Assembly: GCF_055900595.2 (NCBI RefSeq)
Contig: NZ_CM148325.1
DNA: 64,000 nt
Direction: 5' to 3' (one strand)
Positions 19,581-28,618 of this stretch are shown here, one piece after another. A program made the position numbers and the translations under genes. Position 1 is the stretch's first letter, and each line of letters opens with the position of its first letter. The notes under the pieces were generated by a model. It was not told the origin of the DNA and ran no database searches. It saw nothing but the letters and a program-made list of their open reading frames with translations.

Positions 19581-20051
19581 ATGCTTAGTAATGATATTCT
19601 GCGCAGCGTGCGCTACATTTTGAAAGCCAATAATAACGACCTGGTGCGCATTCTGGCGCTGGGTAATGTCGAAGCCACTGCGGAACAGATCGCCGTCTGG
19701 CTACGCAAAGAAGACGAAGAAGGGTTTCAGCGTTGTCCGGACATTGTTCTGTCTTCATTCCTGAATGGCCTGATTTATGAAAAACGTGGCAAGGATGAGT
19801 CAGCGCCGGCACTGGAGCCGGAACGTCGCATTAATAACAACATCGTGCTGAAAAAATTACGTATCGCGTTTTCGCTGAAAACTGATGATATTCTGGCGAT
19901 CCTTACCGAACAGCAGTTCCGCGTTTCGATGCCGGAAATTACGGCGATGATGCGTGCACCGGATCATAAAAACTTCCGCGAATGCGGCGATCAATTTTTA
20001 CGTTATTTTTTGCGTGGACTGGCAGCGCGCCAGCATGTGAAGAAAAGCTAA
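19581..20051 (+). CDS. yehS: DUF1456-family protein YehS
   Basis: 156 aa from MLSNDILRSVRYILKANNNDLVRIL. Confidence 0.85.
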   Translation: MLSNDILRSVRYILKANNNDLVRILALGNVEATAEQIAVWLRKEDEEGFQRCPDIVLSSFLNGLIYEKRGKDESAPALEPERRINNNIVLKKLRIAFSLKTDDILAILTEQQFRVSMPEITAMMRAPDHKNFRECGDQFLRYFLRGLAARQHVKKS

Positions 20052-20060
20052 GACGGGCAT

Positions 20061-20087
20061 GGCGGCCATGCGAAAAACATGGCCGCC
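20061..20087. terminator. GC-rich inverted repeat between convergent yehS and yehR (putative bidirectional terminator)
   Basis: Perfect 10-bp stem ggcggccatg/catggccgcc with 7-nt loop; no clean T-run, so terminator function is tentative. Confidence 0.4.
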
Positions 20088-20093
20088 GACAGA

Positions 20094-20555
20094 TTATTTC
20101 ACTTCTTTAAAACCAGCGGCTTTCATCACCAGTTCCATTTGCGCCATAGTGATACCTTTTTTGGCATCTTCAGCAGAAACGTTGATACCTGAAATACCCT
20201 GCAGGGCTTTAAAATCAACTTTTTCCATATCGATAGTCACGTTTTCCTGAGCATAAGTATCGGTAAAGGTTAATTTTTCTTCAACGCCAGGGATATTTTT
20301 ATATTTGGCACTTAACGGCTCAAGTGTCTTGGCAGCATCTTCTTTGGTGGTTGCACCAATGGAGGCAAATTGAATTTTGGTTTCAGAAGATTGCTTAAGA
20401 ACCTTGTCACCTTTGTAGACATAGGTAATAGCAATTTCAGTACCGTTCAGATTAGCGCTAAATTTCTTCGATTCTTCTTTGTCACCGCAGCCAGCAAGAG
20501 AGAAAACCAGAACAGATGCAACAACAAGGGAAAACAGCTTATTGAAAGCCTTCAT
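20094..20555 (-). CDS. yehR: Lipoprotein YehR (DUF1307)
   Basis: 153 aa from MKAFNKLFSLVVASVLVFSLAGCGD (lipobox). Confidence 0.85.
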   Translation of the reverse strand: MKAFNKLFSLVVASVLVFSLAGCGDKEESKKFSANLNGTEIAITYVYKGDKVLKQSSETKIQFASIGATTKEDAAKTLEPLSAKYKNIPGVEEKLTFTDTYAQENVTIDMEKVDFKALQGISGINVSAEDAKKGITMAQMELVMKAAGFKEVK

Positions 20556-20686
20556 GTAAAACTCCATTTTATTTAATCAAGGAACTGGTGACCACACCAG
20601 GGGCCATATAGGATATGCCTAATACCTTGGCGTGAGCAGTCCGGAACTGGAGTAGAACTCTTTGTAAAAAGCACTATTTGTCCTTG

Positions 20687-21172
20687 TTACTCAAGCAAGG
20701 TTAATAATTGTTCGCAAAGCAAAACGCAGTTATTCATTGCATCTCCCCGTGCCTCGCCTTCTGTATTACGAAATTGTCCCAACACATGTGCCAGCCGATA
20801 AAAACCCACCGCAGTGAGGTCATTCGCCAGCAACTCTGCCTGACCAATAGCACTCTGTTCCTGATAGCGCCAGCCGTTATGGAGCAGTTGAATAAGTAAC
20901 GCCTGGCAGCGCATCAGCAACTGATGAGCGGTAGACGGCACAGGCAAAACGCTGGCAGAAGGTAGCGGTGCCACAGGCGCAGTTTCTGCGTCCAGCGCCC
21001 AGGCGAGGGTTTGCGTCATCATTACTCGTGGTTCCAGTGTCAATTGCCCCTCAGCAAAATTGATAAACCCAGAAACCAGACTAACGGGATCTTCTGTTTG
21101 TTGTAACAGAGCTGCCATGCGTTCAACAGCAAAGGGCGCACTGGCTGAAGCTGGCAGTGATAACGTCAGCAC
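20687..21172 (-). pseudogene. C-terminal fragment ORF downstream of the WGR-domain gene (different frame, no credible start/RBS)
   Basis: 161-codon frame opens 7 bp after the upstream ORF stop; the only start is a tool-assigned GTG; this frame is open back to about 21215, overlapping the end of the upstream ORF. Confidence 0.45.
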
Positions 21173-21179
21173 ATTATCT

Positions 21180-23051
21180 TCACCTTCGCCACTGATTACC
21201 TGCGCATTCTGCTTTCAGCGCGGGGAAATCGAAACGTAACAGGGCCTCAACTGCGCTTTGTGGCATTATTTTTTTTTCGTATTGTTCTTCTCCGGTTCTG
21301 CTCCATTCCTTAAACCCCAGTAGCCAAAGGATTTGCTGTTCTGGCGTTAAAGGGATGAAAGACGTTTCCCAGCTTTCCTTTTCAATTAGTGGCAGATCGG
21401 TAAATAAGGTTTGCTGTGATGCCTGATATTTCGCGATTTCACTGAATCTGGATATGTCAGTGTGACTGATTAACTCTGTAATTCCAGGTGTGATGTCAGT
21501 GACGGAAGGGATGGGAAGTACCGGTAAATCAAATACGGGTATTACATTCTTTTTCTTATTTATTGCCCACGGTGGAGCGACAAGCAGCTCTGGCAACATA
21601 TCCGCAGTGGCATACTCACATTCTTCAGCGACTGACTGAGGACGACATTCAGATAATATGCCTGCCGCCTTAGCATTAACCCAGGGAATGACGTCGCATA
21701 CTAACTCTGGCGTGACGGTAACCAGTTTGACAAGCGCGTTGCGCCACTGTGCGTCTTCATGTATTGCCAGCAAAGTTGCATAAGCGGCAATAGCCGCAGC
21801 GGGATGTTTTTGGCAGGCTTTGCTTAAGTATTCCAGGTGCTTTTTCTTGCTATTTACACCGAGGATCAGAATTTGAATCGCATCCGGGTGATTCGTTTTC
21901 CATAGCCATTTGACAAGATCTTCAGTCTCGCTGATGCGCTCGAAGAGATAAGTGGGATTGTCAGAATGCTCTTCCACAAACTCAGTAAGTATCCGGCTTA
22001 CACCGCGCACGCCATTATTCGCCAGCAACATTGCCAGATAAGCGCGAAAATCACGATGCAATGGTGGGAAGTCGTATTTTTCGGTTGTAGTGGGAGCAGC
22101 GTCATTGGTTACCACCAGTCTTAACCAGGTCATCGCAGGGACGTTTTGATCTGCATAATGTAGCGCCATAGCATTGGCAATATCCGGGCGTTCAGGGATC
22201 AGTAATGCAGCAAAAGGTTGCCGTGCGGGGGATAGCGTCGGAATAGCAGTAAGCACTTTATCCACACAGCGTTGCCACTCATCTTCTGAAGCGAGTGAAA
22301 GATGATGACATAGACGTTGATGCCAACTCGGTAGCGATTCTGCTTCGTGATTAGGTGGAATGATGGTGGTTACTGCGCCTTTTACTGGTTTATATTTGAG
22401 TTGAAGAGCGAGAAGGGCGATTTCAACGGCACTTTCCAGACCACAGCGAATGACTAAGTCATCGACCAGTTCATCTTGAGAGTAAGAGTTCCAAAAGCCC
22501 CAGAGCAATGCTGCATCAGATTGCGCACTCCCTGTCGGTTGATTACCCTGAACTCGCATTTGTAACTCAGCAAAAGCCTGCTGCCAGTTTTCTGGATAAG
22601 AGCGGTAATTATTGTCGGGGTCATATGCCCTCGTGTTATTCGCGATGCGCTTCCATATTTGGCCATCTTTGTGCAGATAATTGATATCTCTGGGGCGAGA
22701 GCGATGTGGAAAAGCAAATCGGTTAATATCGTCGGTTAGCGGAATGGCTGCATCATCAGCCAGCCATGGGCGTTTGTTTTTACTCTCAGGTGAAGTTTCA
22801 ACTTCAGGAGTGACTTTGGTGACGGGGGGGATATGTACGTTTGCCGAAGCGTCTTCCACATAGCCTTTTTTCGTTTTCTCAGCGATAAGCTTCAGTTCCG
22901 CTTTTTCCGCCGCCGCAGCATCCGCAAAGCTTTTTATCTGGCTTTGCCCTTGGGTGCCAACTTTTCCCCAACTGATATGCAACTCGTTACCTTGCTGCCC
23001 CACCGCCCAGAATTTATGCGATTTTTCGTCCTGATAGATATAACTCTTCAT
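21180..23051 (-). CDS. WGR-domain protein (MolR/YehI-like), probably truncated
   Basis: 623 aa; N-terminal WGR domain (YQDEKSHKFWAVGQQGNELHISWGKVGTQGQSQIKSF); directly downstream of metG, where K-12 carries molR. Confidence 0.7.
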   Translation of the reverse strand: MKSYIYQDEKSHKFWAVGQQGNELHISWGKVGTQGQSQIKSFADAAAAEKAELKLIAEKTKKGYVEDASANVHIPPVTKVTPEVETSPESKNKRPWLADDAAIPLTDDINRFAFPHRSRPRDINYLHKDGQIWKRIANNTRAYDPDNNYRSYPENWQQAFAELQMRVQGNQPTGSAQSDAALLWGFWNSYSQDELVDDLVIRCGLESAVEIALLALQLKYKPVKGAVTTIIPPNHEAESLPSWHQRLCHHLSLASEDEWQRCVDKVLTAIPTLSPARQPFAALLIPERPDIANAMALHYADQNVPAMTWLRLVVTNDAAPTTTEKYDFPPLHRDFRAYLAMLLANNGVRGVSRILTEFVEEHSDNPTYLFERISETEDLVKWLWKTNHPDAIQILILGVNSKKKHLEYLSKACQKHPAAAIAAYATLLAIHEDAQWRNALVKLVTVTPELVCDVIPWVNAKAAGILSECRPQSVAEECEYATADMLPELLVAPPWAINKKKNVIPVFDLPVLPIPSVTDITPGITELISHTDISRFSEIAKYQASQQTLFTDLPLIEKESWETSFIPLTPEQQILWLLGFKEWSRTGEEQYEKKIMPQSAVEALLRFDFPALKAECAGNQWRR

Positions 23052-23150
23052 CCGCGTTCCCTGTATTTATATCCAGTTATAAGCGGATGCTAGCAGTTAA
23101 TGAAAAAAATTAAGAGCGTTGAACAAACAAGAAAACAACTTTAGGAATTC

Positions 23151-23182
23151 ATAAAGAAAAGGCGCTGTCGATGCAGCGCCTT
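23151..23182 (-). terminator. Rho-independent terminator of metG
   Basis: Stem aaggcgctg/cagcgcctt with 6-nt loop, followed on the minus strand by a T-rich run, just after the metG stop. Confidence 0.65.
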
Positions 23183-23191
23183 GAAGGGGGA

Positions 23192-25225
23192 TTATTTCAC
23201 CTGATGGCCCGGTTTAGCACCGGCATCCGGGCTTAGCAGGAAGATATCTTTCCCGCCAGGACCGGCAGCCATCACCATGCCTTCGGAGATACCGAAGCGC
23301 ATTTTACGTGGTGCCAGGTTAGCCACCATAATGGTGTGACGACCAATCAGTGCCTGCGGATCCGGGTAAGCAGAACGAATGCCGGAGAAGACATTGCGTT
23401 TTTCACCGCCGAGATCCAGCGTCAGGCGCAGCAGTTTGTCAGAACCTTCAACAAACTCTGCGTTTTCGATCAACGCCACGCGCAGGTCAACTTTGGCGAA
23501 GTCGTCAAAGGTGATGGTTTCCTGAATCGGATCATCTGCCAGCGGGCCAGTAACTGGTGCGGCAGTGGCTTTCACTTCTTCTTTAGATGCTTCCACCAGT
23601 GCTTCAACCTGCTTCATGTCAATACGGTTATACAGCGCCTTGAACGGATTCACTTTGTGGCCCAGCAGCGGTTGCTGGATACCATGCCAGGTCAGTTCCG
23701 TATTGAGGAATGCTTCTGCACGCTCGGTCAGTTTCGGCAGTACCGGCTTCAGGTAAGTCATCAGCACGCGGAACAGGTTTATGCCCATCGAGCAAATTGC
23801 CTGCAGGTCGGCATCGCGGCCTTCCTGTTTCGCCACCACCCACGGAGCCTGTTCATCGACATAGCGGTTAGCCAGATCAGCCAGCGCCATAATTTCGCGC
23901 ACTGCTTTACCAAATTCGCGGCTTTCCCATGCTTCACCAATCACTTCAGCGGCATCCGTGAAGGTTTTGTACAACTGCGGGTCAGCCAGTTCGCTTGCCA
24001 ACACGCCGTCAAAACGCTTGTTGATAAAGCCCGCGTTACGGGATGCCAGGTTTACAACCTTATTAACGATATCGGCATTCACGCGCTGGACGAAATCCTC
24101 GAGGTTGAGATCGATATCATCAATGCGCGAAGAGAGTTTCGCAGTGTAGTAGTAACGCAGGCTGTCAGCGTCAAAATGATTCAGCCAGGTGCTGGCTTTA
24201 ATAAAGGTGCCGCGAGACTTGGACATCTTCGCGCCGTTCACCGTTACATAGCCGTGAACAAACAGGTTGGTCGGCTTGCGGAAGTTGCTACCTTCCAACA
24301 TGGCAGGCCAGAACAGGCTGTGGAAGTAAACAATATCTTTACCGATGAAGTGGTACAGCTCGGCGGTGGAGTCTTTCTTCCAGTATTCATCGAAGCTTAC
24401 GCTGTCGCCGCGCTTGTCACACAGATTCTTGAAAGAACCCATGTAGCCAATCGGTGCGTCCAGCCAGACGTAGAAATATTTGCCCGGCGCGTTCGGAATT
24501 TCAAAACCGAAGTAAGGGGCGTCGCGGGAGATATCCCATTGTTGCAGGCCAGATTCAAACCACTCCTGCATTTTGTTTGCCACCTGCTCCTGCAACGCAC
24601 CGCTGCGGGTCCATGCCTGCAGCATTTCGCTGAAAGAGGGCAGATCAAAGAAGAAGTGTTCAGAATCACGCATTACCGGGGTAGCGCCAGAAACCACCGA
24701 TTTCGGCTCGATCAGTTCAGTCGGGCTGTAGGTCGCGCCGCAGACTTCGCAGTTATCGCCGTATTGATCCGGGGATTTACATTTCGGGCAGGTGCCTTTT
24801 ACAAAACGGTCCGGCAGGAACATGCCTTTTTCCGGATCGTACAGCTGAGAGATGGTGCGGTTTTTAATAAAACCGTTTTCTTTCAGGCGAGAGTAGATAA
24901 GTTCTGACAACTGGCGGTTCTCTTCGCTGTGCGTCGAGTGATAGTTGTCATAGCTGATGTTAAAGCCTGCGAAATCAGTCTGATGCTCCTGACTCATTTC
25001 GCCAATCATCTGCTCCGGAGTGATACCAAGCTGCTGAGCTTTCAACATGATTGGTGTACCGTGGGCATCGTCGGCGCAGATGAAGTTGACCTCGTGGCCG
25101 CGCATTCGCTGGTAACGGACCCAGACATCAGCCTGGATGTGCTCCAGCATATGGCCGAGGTGGATTGAGCCGTTAGCGTACGGCAGTGCGCACGTCACCA
25201 GAATTTTCTTCGCGACTTGAGTCAT
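23192..25225 (-). CDS. metG: Methionine--tRNA ligase
   Basis: 677 aa from [29 protein letters not shown] (HIGH motif), KMSKS motif present; ORF-track start trimmed. Confidence 0.95.
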   Translation of the reverse strand: MTQVAKKILVTCALPYANGSIHLGHMLEHIQADVWVRYQRMRGHEVNFICADDAHGTPIMLKAQQLGITPEQMIGEMSQEHQTDFAGFNISYDNYHSTHSEENRQLSELIYSRLKENGFIKNRTISQLYDPEKGMFLPDRFVKGTCPKCKSPDQYGDNCEVCGATYSPTELIEPKSVVSGATPVMRDSEHFFFDLPSFSEMLQAWTRSGALQEQVANKMQEWFESGLQQWDISRDAPYFGFEIPNAPGKYFYVWLDAPIGYMGSFKNLCDKRGDSVSFDEYWKKDSTAELYHFIGKDIVYFHSLFWPAMLEGSNFRKPTNLFVHGYVTVNGAKMSKSRGTFIKASTWLNHFDADSLRYYYTAKLSSRIDDIDLNLEDFVQRVNADIVNKVVNLASRNAGFINKRFDGVLASELADPQLYKTFTDAAEVIGEAWESREFGKAVREIMALADLANRYVDEQAPWVVAKQEGRDADLQAICSMGINLFRVLMTYLKPVLPKLTERAEAFLNTELTWHGIQQPLLGHKVNPFKALYNRIDMKQVEALVEASKEEVKATAAPVTGPLADDPIQETITFDDFAKVDLRVALIENAEFVEGSDKLLRLTLDLGGEKRNVFSGIRSAYPDPQALIGRHTIMVANLAPRKMRFGISEGMVMAAGPGGKDIFLLSPDAGAKPGHQVK

Positions 25226-25356
25226 AGTAGGCATTACTTCTTAATAGTGAAAAGGGGTTAGATAGTACCAAATGGGAAAATGTTAAGTAAGTACTTCTCT
25301 ATATTCTTCAGGTAAACTATCAGCTGATGGTTTATCTATACAAAAAAGGAGTCGGG

Positions 25357-26466
25357 ATGAACGAACAATCCCAGGCCAAATCACCAGAAGCCTTGCGCGC
25401 AATGGTCGCCGGGACACTGGCCAATTTTCAGCACCCAACCCTGAAGCATAACCTCACCACGCTGAAAGCGTTGCACCATGTCGCCTGGATGGACGACACG
25501 TTGCATGTGGAACTGGTTATGCCATTCGTCTGGCATAGCGCGTTCGAAGAGTTAAAAGAGCAATGTAGCGCTGAACTGCTGCGCATCACCGGGGCGAAAG
25601 CTATCGACTGGAAACTGTCGCACAATATCGCCACCTTAAAACGCGTGAAGAATCAGCCGGGAATTAACGGCGTGAAGAACATCATTGCGGTCAGCTCCGG
25701 TAAAGGCGGCGTGGGTAAATCCTCCACGGCGGTAAATCTGGCGCTGGCACTGGCGGCGGAAGGGGCGAAAGTCGGCATTCTGGACGCCGATATCTACGGC
25801 CCATCAATACCCACCATGCTGGGCGCAGAAAATCAGCGTCCAACTTCGCCGGACGGTACCCATATGGCACCGATTATGTCTCATGGACTGGCAACCAATT
25901 CAATTGGTTATCTGGTCACTGACGACAATGCGATGGTGTGGCGTGGTCCGATGGCGAGCAAGGCGTTAATGCAGATGTTGCAGGAAACCTTGTGGCCGGA
26001 TCTCGACTATCTGGTGCTTGATATGCCGCCAGGCACCGGTGACATTCAATTGACACTGGCACAAAACATTCCAGTAACTGGCGCGGTAGTGGTCACCACC
26101 CCGCAGGACATTGCGTTGATCGATGCGAAAAAAGGCATTGTGATGTTCGAGAAAGTCGAGGTTCCGGTGCTCGGTATTGTCGAGAACATGAGTGTGCATA
26201 TTTGCAGTAACTGTGGTCACCATGAACCGATTTTCGGTACCGGTGGTGCAGAGAAACTGGCCGAGAAATACCACACGCAGTTGCTGGGGCAGATGCCGTT
26301 ACACATCTCCTTACGTGAAGATCTCGATAAAGGCACGCCAACGGTTATCAGCCGTCCGGAGAGCGAATTTACTGCTATCTACCGCCAGCTGGCTGACCGC
26401 GTTGCAGCCCAGCTTTATTGGCAGGGAGAAGTCATTCCTGGCGAGATTTCCTTCCGCGCGGTCTGA
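25357..26466 (+). CDS. mrp: Fe-S cluster carrier ATPase Mrp/ApbC
   Basis: 369 aa from MNEQSQAKSPEALRAMVAG...; deviant Walker A GKGGVGKS; CxxC motif. Confidence 0.9.
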   Translation: MNEQSQAKSPEALRAMVAGTLANFQHPTLKHNLTTLKALHHVAWMDDTLHVELVMPFVWHSAFEELKEQCSAELLRITGAKAIDWKLSHNIATLKRVKNQPGINGVKNIIAVSSGKGGVGKSSTAVNLALALAAEGAKVGILDADIYGPSIPTMLGAENQRPTSPDGTHMAPIMSHGLATNSIGYLVTDDNAMVWRGPMASKALMQMLQETLWPDLDYLVLDMPPGTGDIQLTLAQNIPVTGAVVVTTPQDIALIDAKKGIVMFEKVEVPVLGIVENMSVHICSNCGHHEPIFGTGGAEKLAEKYHTQLLGQMPLHISLREDLDKGTPTVISRPESEFTAIYRQLADRVAAQLYWQGEVIPGEISFRAV

Positions 26467-26495
26467 CGCGTATTAACCTTTTTGGTTGTTTTTCG

Positions 26496-26537
26496 TACAC
26501 CGCAGAGATGTTACATTGATGCGGTGTATTTGTTTTT
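26496..26537 (+). terminator. Rho-independent terminator after mrp
   Basis: 9-bp stem tacaccgca/tgcggtgta with long loop, followed by TTTGTTTTT. Confidence 0.5.
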
Positions 26538-26728
26538 GCCGCATTAATGAACACTTATTTAATGCTGCGAATATTCTGCGGACCTTCGTCCGAAACTCTA
26601 TAAAGTCGATTGATTGTACAGGCAATGCTTCATTATCATCCTTCGTGGCTGTGTAGTGGATGTACAGCTATAGTTTGTTATGCACTCATTCTATCCAGGC
26701 ATAACCTTTACTACAGGGATAACGTTCA

Positions 26729-27010
26729 ATGAATAAGTACTGGCTGTCAGGAATTATTTTTCTTGCCTATGGAATGGCTTCTCCCGCGTTCTCTTTACAG
26801 ACTGCCACATTAACGATTAATGGCAGGATCAGTCCCCCAACATGCAGTATGGCAATGGTTAATGGTCAACCTCAACAGCATTGTGGTCAGTTAACGTATA
26901 ATGTTGATACTCGTCATCAGGTTTCTTCGCCAGTTAAAGGTGTGACGACAGAAGTGGTTGTTGCAGGTAGTGATAGCAAACGTCGAATCGTGTTAAATCG
27001 CTACGATTAA
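26729..27010 (+). CDS. yehE: Secreted DUF2574 protein YehE
   Basis: 93 aa with signal peptide; immediately upstream of the yeh fimbrial genes. Confidence 0.8.
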   Translation: MNKYWLSGIIFLAYGMASPAFSLQTATLTINGRISPPTCSMAMVNGQPQQHCGQLTYNVDTRHQVSSPVKGVTTEVVVAGSDSKRRIVLNRYD

Positions 27011-27305
27011 TTTGCCACCCTGGTTTTTTAAGCGGATTTAGAAAGCTGAAATCATTCGTGTGAATGATTTAAGCTTTTTTATTGATATTAATAATACCAT
27101 TTAAAAAAATCTGCATTAATTAATAGATGTGATAAATATTTAATATGCTTAAGTATTTGTTGTATTTATATTGCAATAGTTAATTTGTTTTAAATCAATA
27201 AAACAATATGTTTACATTGCGGCAACTTTTTTGATGTGAGAAATTTGTTTCCAAGAGATACAGACTCTTAACAACCAAAAAATAAATTTTATTAAGGAAC
27301 ATATT
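27011..27305 (+). promoter_or_regulatory. Highly AT-rich promoter/regulatory region of the yehDCBA fimbrial operon
   Basis: About 300 bp at roughly 20-25% GC with phased A/T tracts, as in H-NS-silenced fimbrial promoters. Confidence 0.5.
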
Positions 27306-27848
27306 ATGAAACGTTCAATTATTGCTGCCGCTGTCTTTTCTTCTTTTTTTATGAGCGCTGGGGTATTTGCCGCAGACGTTGATACCGGAACATTAACCAT
27401 TAAAGGGAATATTGCAGAATCTCCGTGTAAATTCGAAGCGGGTGGTGATTCAGTAAGTATTAATATGCCAACTGTACCAACCACTGTCTTTGAAGGTAAA
27501 GCTAAATACTCGACCTATGATGATGCAGTCGGTGTAACCAGCAGCATGTTAAAAATTAGCTGTCCGAAAGAAGTTGCTGGTGTAAAACTCTCGTTGATTA
27601 CCAACGATAAAATAACCGGAAACGATAAGGCGATAGCCAGTAGCAACGATACCGTGGGGTACTATCTCTATTTAGGTGATAACAGCGATGTCCTGGATGT
27701 TTCTGCACCTTTTAACATTGAGAGTTATAAAACAGCGGAAGGTCAATATGCTATTCCGTTTAAAGCAAAATACCTGAAGCTGACAGATAATTCAGTGCAA
27801 TCAGGTGATGTGTTATCTTCTCTGGTTATGCGTGTGGCGCAGGATTAA
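27306..27848 (+). CDS. yehD: Fimbrial major subunit YehD
   Basis: 180 aa, signal peptide, Cys pair, fimbrial-subunit C-terminal beta-strand pattern. Confidence 0.88.
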   Translation: MKRSIIAAAVFSSFFMSAGVFAADVDTGTLTIKGNIAESPCKFEAGGDSVSINMPTVPTTVFEGKAKYSTYDDAVGVTSSMLKISCPKEVAGVKLSLITNDKITGNDKAIASSNDTVGYYLYLGDNSDVLDVSAPFNIESYKTAEGQYAIPFKAKYLKLTDNSVQSGDVLSSLVMRVAQD

Positions 27849-27884
27849 TAAATAAAATTTCAAATTTCTCCAGGTAATAAACAT

Positions 27885-27911
27885 GGCCGCTATCCCCATG
27901 GCGGCCTTTTA
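27885..27911 (+). terminator. Intra-operon attenuator/terminator after the major subunit gene yehD
   Basis: Stem ggccgctat/atggcggcc with CCCC loop followed by TTTT; usual position for a chaperone-usher operon attenuator. Confidence 0.6.
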
Positions 27912-27928
27912 ATTTAAGAGGCATTAAG

Positions 27929-28603
27929 ATGAAAGGATTATTAGCTTTACTCATTTCTTCTATGGTCCTTCCTGCGCATGCCGGAATTGTTATCTACGGG
28001 ACGCGCATTATTTACCCGGCAGAAAATAAAGAAGTGATGGTGCAGTTGATGAACCAGGGAAACCGTTCTTCGCTGCTGCAGGCGTGGATTGATGATGGCG
28101 ATACGTCGTTACCACCAGAAAAAATTCAGGTTCCTTTCATGTTAACGCCACCAGTGGCCAAAATAGGGGCAAATTCCGGGCAGCAAGTAAAAATCAAAAT
28201 TATGTCGAATAAACTGCCCACTAATAAAGAGAGCATTTTTTATCTGAATGTTCTGGATATTCCACCAAATAGTCCAGAGCAAGAGGGCAAGAATGCACTG
28301 AAATTTGCAATGCAAAACAGAATCAAATTGTTTTACCGGCCTGCGGGTATTGCACCGGTAAATAAAGCGACATTTAAAAAGTTACTGGTAAATCGCAGTG
28401 GCAATGGATTGGTGATAAAAAATGACTCAGCAAATTGGGTAACGATTTCGGATGTCAAAGCTAATAATGTCAAAGTCAATTATGAAACTATTATGATTGC
28501 CCCCTTAGAAAGTCAGAGTATTAATGTCAAAAGTAATAATGCGAATAACTGGTATCTGACCATTATCGATGACCATGGCAACTATATTAGTGACAAAATT
28601 TAA
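27929..28603 (+). CDS. yehC: Periplasmic fimbrial chaperone YehC
   Basis: 224 aa, signal peptide, PapD-like chaperone. Confidence 0.88.
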   Translation: MKGLLALLISSMVLPAHAGIVIYGTRIIYPAENKEVMVQLMNQGNRSSLLQAWIDDGDTSLPPEKIQVPFMLTPPVAKIGANSGQQVKIKIMSNKLPTNKESIFYLNVLDIPPNSPEQEGKNALKFAMQNRIKLFYRPAGIAPVNKATFKKLLVNRSGNGLVIKNDSANWVTISDVKANNVKVNYETIMIAPLESQSINVKSNNANNWYLTIIDDHGNYISDKI

Positions 28604-28618
28604 TTGCAGGAGCTGCCT

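Noticed and set aside
20061-20087. Canonical intrinsic terminator at the yehS/yehR junction
   Set aside because: The hairpin is strong but lacks a flanking T-run on either strand, so it is kept only as a tentative inverted repeat.
23336-24907. 523-aa plus-strand ORF
   Set aside because: Entirely antisense to metG, whose identity is unambiguous (HIGH and KMSKS motifs); product is low-complexity and Arg/Phe-rich, typical of a shadow ORF in GC-biased coding DNA.
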